A DNA stretch of 64,000 nucleotides from Saprospiraceae bacterium (GTDB lineage Bacteria > Bacteroidota > Bacteroidia > Chitinophagales > Saprospiraceae), in the NCBI GenBank assembly GCA_965222105.1, contig CBDCTQ010000080.1, forward strand, positions 18,638 to 82,637, in the 5' to 3' direction. A program made the position numbers and the translations under genes. Position 1 is the first letter of the stretch. The number at the start of each line of letters is the position of its first letter. Positions 60,813-64,000 of the stretch are shown here, in pieces. The notes below the pieces were generated by a model. The model made no database searches, was not told the DNA's origin, and was given only the letters and a program-made list of their open reading frames with translations.

Positions 60813-62114
60813 CTATTGTTCAACAGGAGTAGTGGCCGCCGGTTCTACCATTTGCGTGACAACGCCTTCCCCCCGCTTGAGGCGGCGACTGATATTGGCT
60901 TCAATCACATAGTGGTCGATCAGCGGCGCAAAAACGTTCATAAACAAAATGGCCAACATCCATCCTTCCGGATATGCCGGATTAATCACACGGATAATCA
61001 TACCGATGAATCCGATCAGAAAACCATATATCCATTTGCCCCGTTGGGTAGAAGCAGCTGTGACCGGATCTGTCGCCATAAATGCCATTGCAAAAAAGAA
61101 GCTGCCCATATAAAACTGGTATTGCCAGGGTACTTCCATAAAAGGTGTTGCCCCCCAGACGTTCAGCAACCAGGCGCCCACTATGGCCCCAATGAACATG
61201 CTCAGCATGATGCGCCAACTGGCAATGCCGATCGTAATCAACATCAAAGCACCTGCCAATATAAAGGGCTTGCAGGTCTCTCCTACCGAGCCGGGGATGG
61301 CTCCCCAGAACATTTGGCTGGTGGAATATTGCTCCGTCACTGCGTCCCAGCCTCCTTTGAAAGCCAGGCTCAAGGGCGTAGCTCCCGAATAGCCGTCCAC
61401 TACCGGCACGCCGGCTTCGAAGGTGCGCCATCCGAGCCACTCAAAAATACCATTGAACAGGTTGTGCCCCCAGCCATAACTCGACACCAGGGTGTCGCCC
61501 TGCTCGGCTAGTCCGGCTACCCAAACTTCGTCGCCTGAAATGGAGGTCGGATAAGCAAAAAACACGAATACCCGCGCCAACAAGGCGATGTTCAGAATGT
61601 TCATGCCGGTACCACCAAACGCCTCTTTGCCGATCCAAACGGCGAAAGCCACCGCCAGGGCCAGCATCCAAAGAGGTATATCGGGTGGCATGATCAGGGG
61701 TATCAAAGCCCCCGACACCAGGAATCCTTCTTCAATACCATGTCCTTTTTTGGAGGCATACCAAAATTCGATCCCCAACCCAACCACATGCGTAACCACA
61801 AATATGGGAAGTATTTTAATGATGCCGTATGCCAGCTTTAGGTGCAAACCTTCCAGAAATCCCGTGTACATACCCAGAGCTGCATAATGCTGGTGTCCGA
61901 TATTGTACGTTCCGAAAACGTAACACAACTGCAGAGCCAACACTACCATGACCATCGTGCGTTTGAGGTCCATCCCGTCACGGATATGAACCCCTCCTTT
62001 GGTAGTATGATCCGGGCTGTATAAAAAGGTGTAAAGCCCATCATACAGCGTATGTAGAAAGGGCGTTTTCTTTTTATCCGGTTCAATTCTCTTGACAAAG
62101 TCTAATAAACCCAT
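60813..62114 (-). CDS. nqrB: Na+-NQR subunit B
   Basis: 433-aa polytopic membrane protein, NqrB/RnfD family, with FMN attachment region (GISGATPL-like: YSGATPLSLAFKGG). Confidence 0.92.
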   Translation of the reverse strand: MGLLDFVKRIEPDKKKTPFLHTLYDGLYTFLYSPDHTTKGGVHIRDGMDLKRTMVMVVLALQLCYVFGTYNIGHQHYAALGMYTGFLEGLHLKLAYGIIKILPIFVVTHVVGLGIEFWYASKKGHGIEEGFLVSGALIPLIMPPDIPLWMLALAVAFAVWIGKEAFGGTGMNILNIALLARVFVFFAYPTSISGDEVWVAGLAEQGDTLVSSYGWGHNLFNGIFEWLGWRTFEAGVPVVDGYSGATPLSLAFKGGWDAVTEQYSTSQMFWGAIPGSVGETCKPFILAGALMLITIGIASWRIMLSMFIGAIVGAWLLNVWGATPFMEVPWQYQFYMGSFFFAMAFMATDPVTAASTQRGKWIYGFLIGFIGMIIRVINPAYPEGWMLAILFMNVFAPLIDHYVIEANISRRLKRGEGVVTQMVEPAATTPVEQ

Positions 62115-62179
62115 GTTGTATAGTTGTCGGTTTCGTTGTCAGTTAATTCGATCGTTAATAATCAATAATTATTGATTCA

Positions 62180-63838
62180 TTATCCCTGCTCCCGCATCAC
62201 CTCCAGCCCCTCCCGGAGGATGGATTGCAGTGGCTGCTTTGAGGTGCATACAAATTCACAAAGGGCTACGTCTTCTTCGCTTAGTTCGTAGATGCCCAGT
62301 CCTTCCATTCGCTCAAAGTCGTTGACCAGTATGGCCTTCATCAGGTGCTGAGGGAAAATGTCCATAGGCAGTACCTGTTCGTATTGGCCAGTGACGACAA
62401 AAGCGCGTTTTTCGCCGTGGGTGTTGGTATCTGCTTCAAATTCGGCGTCTCTAAAAAGGAAGTTGGGAAACGTCCTCGATATGCTGGGCCGGGCCTTCAA
62501 TGGCAGTAACCAGCCAAACATCTCATGGTAATTGCCTTCTTTGAGGACGGTGATCTGATCGTCGTAAAAATTCAGGAATTCGGCGCTGGTTTTTTGTTTT
62601 CCGCTAAGGACATCGCCTGCTACAATGCGGGCGTCGGCCGATTTCATATTGTCCCGCAACAATTCTCCTACACAAGCCCCTTGATGGGTACTCACGTATT
62701 GGGGGTGATCCAACTCTGCGCCCGTCAGGGCCACTATCCTGGAGGCATCGAACCGGCCTTCGTTGAACAGCTTGCCCAGTTGGATGACTTCCTGGACTCC
62801 CAGCACCCATACTTTTTCTTTGGTGTCGATGGGGTCGGTGTGGTGTATTTGTATGCCCACGTTGCCGGTGGGGTGTGGGCCTTTAAACCAACGGTGGGTC
62901 ACCCCGGTTGCACCCGTAAAAGCGGCGGCAGGCGGTTCTGCGGCATTGAGGCCCAGGAAAATCTGGCCGTTGGTGAGTTTGCCCAAAACGTCGAGTCCTT
63001 TTTGAAAGGCAGCTTCTTGTCCGGCAACTACCAAATTGTTGTCGGGAGCCAGAGGGCCGGTATCAAAGGTGGAGATGAAAATATTTTGAGGAATGATGTT
63101 GGTATCGGCAACGATGTCGAACGGTCGTTGGCGGATAAGTGGCCAGGTTCCGGTTTCGAGCAAAAAGCGCACTAAATCTTCGCGGGACAGGGAGGCCAGG
63201 TCCGGTACGTTGATGGGTCGGTAATTCATCTCTCCCTTATCGGCCAGGATGACCACTTCCTTGATCGCCCGTTTTGCGCCCCGACGCACTTCTACGATCT
63301 CTCCGCTTACTGGGGAGCAATATTTTATGTCGGGTCTTTTCTTGTCAAAAAACAAGGGGTCGCCAGCTTTTACTTCTTCTCCTGGTTCGACCACCACCTT
63401 TGGAATGGGCGACATGCCAATGAAATTGCCCGGCTGGATAGCATAAGTAGCTGCCTGCCCGGGTACAATGGTTTTGGCGGCGGTGCCGGCCAGATTGATG
63501 TCGAACCCTTTTTTGAGGGTGATTACTTTGGAGCCCTTGTCTTTATCGAGCCAGTTGCCGGGTTTTGGAAAAACGGAGTAATCGTTGGTGGAGGTGTCAA
63601 GCCCGAGTTGTTTGGCTTCGATCTGCATCAGGTTTTCAGCTACCTGCAACACTATGCCAACCAGCAGAATGGCAACGACCAAAAACAGCGCGATCATGAG
63701 AAAATTGGTGCCGCCACCTGAGGCTGATTGTGAGAAAGCGAGTAGAGGCAGCGCGAGAAAAAAGAGTAGTAATACTGATCTGGTTATTCCGTTTATCATT
63801 GACTGTAAGGTTGTTACCGATTTAAGGCCCGGTGGCAT
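62180..63838 (-). CDS. nqrA: Na+-NQR subunit A (with unusual ~100-aa N-terminal hydrophobic extension, or mis-called start)
   Basis: NqrA homology begins at KVITLKKGFDINLAG (aa ~104). The upstream part contains two hydrophobic segments. Alternative ATG at 63628. Confidence 0.85.
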   Translation of the reverse strand: MPPGLKSVTTLQSMINGITRSVLLLFFLALPLLAFSQSASGGGTNFLMIALFLVVAILLVGIVLQVAENLMQIEAKQLGLDTSTNDYSVFPKPGNWLDKDKGSKVITLKKGFDINLAGTAAKTIVPGQAATYAIQPGNFIGMSPIPKVVVEPGEEVKAGDPLFFDKKRPDIKYCSPVSGEIVEVRRGAKRAIKEVVILADKGEMNYRPINVPDLASLSREDLVRFLLETGTWPLIRQRPFDIVADTNIIPQNIFISTFDTGPLAPDNNLVVAGQEAAFQKGLDVLGKLTNGQIFLGLNAAEPPAAAFTGATGVTHRWFKGPHPTGNVGIQIHHTDPIDTKEKVWVLGVQEVIQLGKLFNEGRFDASRIVALTGAELDHPQYVSTHQGACVGELLRDNMKSADARIVAGDVLSGKQKTSAEFLNFYDDQITVLKEGNYHEMFGWLLPLKARPSISRTFPNFLFRDAEFEADTNTHGEKRAFVVTGQYEQVLPMDIFPQHLMKAILVNDFERMEGLGIYELSEEDVALCEFVCTSKQPLQSILREGLEVMREQG

Positions 63839-64000
63839 CCCCGATAAGATATCGGAGTGGCTGCAGCAATTCTCAATTTAGATTTAAGTAATTTGCTGAT
63901 TTGCTAATTATTGATGTGCTGATGCCCCTCTACCGCGAAGTTCCCCGTGTAGAACGTAAATATTGATTTTCAAATTGAGAACCGCTGGAGTGGCTGCAAA

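Overview
This 64-kb window looks like a Bacteroidota chromosome segment of roughly 50% GC. Evidence for the phylum: type A and type B T9SS C-terminal sorting domains, a BamD-rpoZ-coaBC-DUF4835 block and an Na+-NQR operon. Well-supported housekeeping genes include gltX, hutI, secDF, coaBC, lnt, metG, nqrABCDEF and a flotillin/NfeD pair.

Three very large T9SS-type surface or secreted proteins are present. Two are SprB-like adhesins of 1379 or more codons with many TWT-x-TD-x-CxN repeats, one of them truncated at the window start. The third is a 1652-aa PL8 lyase-like protein with a beta-helix and a type A CTD.

Other calls: an ECF sigma/anti-sigma pair, an orphan LuxR response regulator, a macro-domain protein, an LtaS-GDPD fusion and several hypothetical proteins.

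The most unusual feature is a non-coding array of about 4.5 near-identical 168-bp tandem repeats at 15861-16612. Each unit carries a perfect 10-bp palindrome and a short variable window, and the array is flanked by structured GC-rich palindromic elements and stacked terminators.

A small MITE/REP-like element family with catgaaRgc terminal inverted repeats occurs twice, once inside the nqr operon. Two loci (about 24440-26060 and 55192-56743) are shredded across three frames and are either pseudogenes or assembly errors.

No tRNA, rRNA, CRISPR or transposase genes were recognised.
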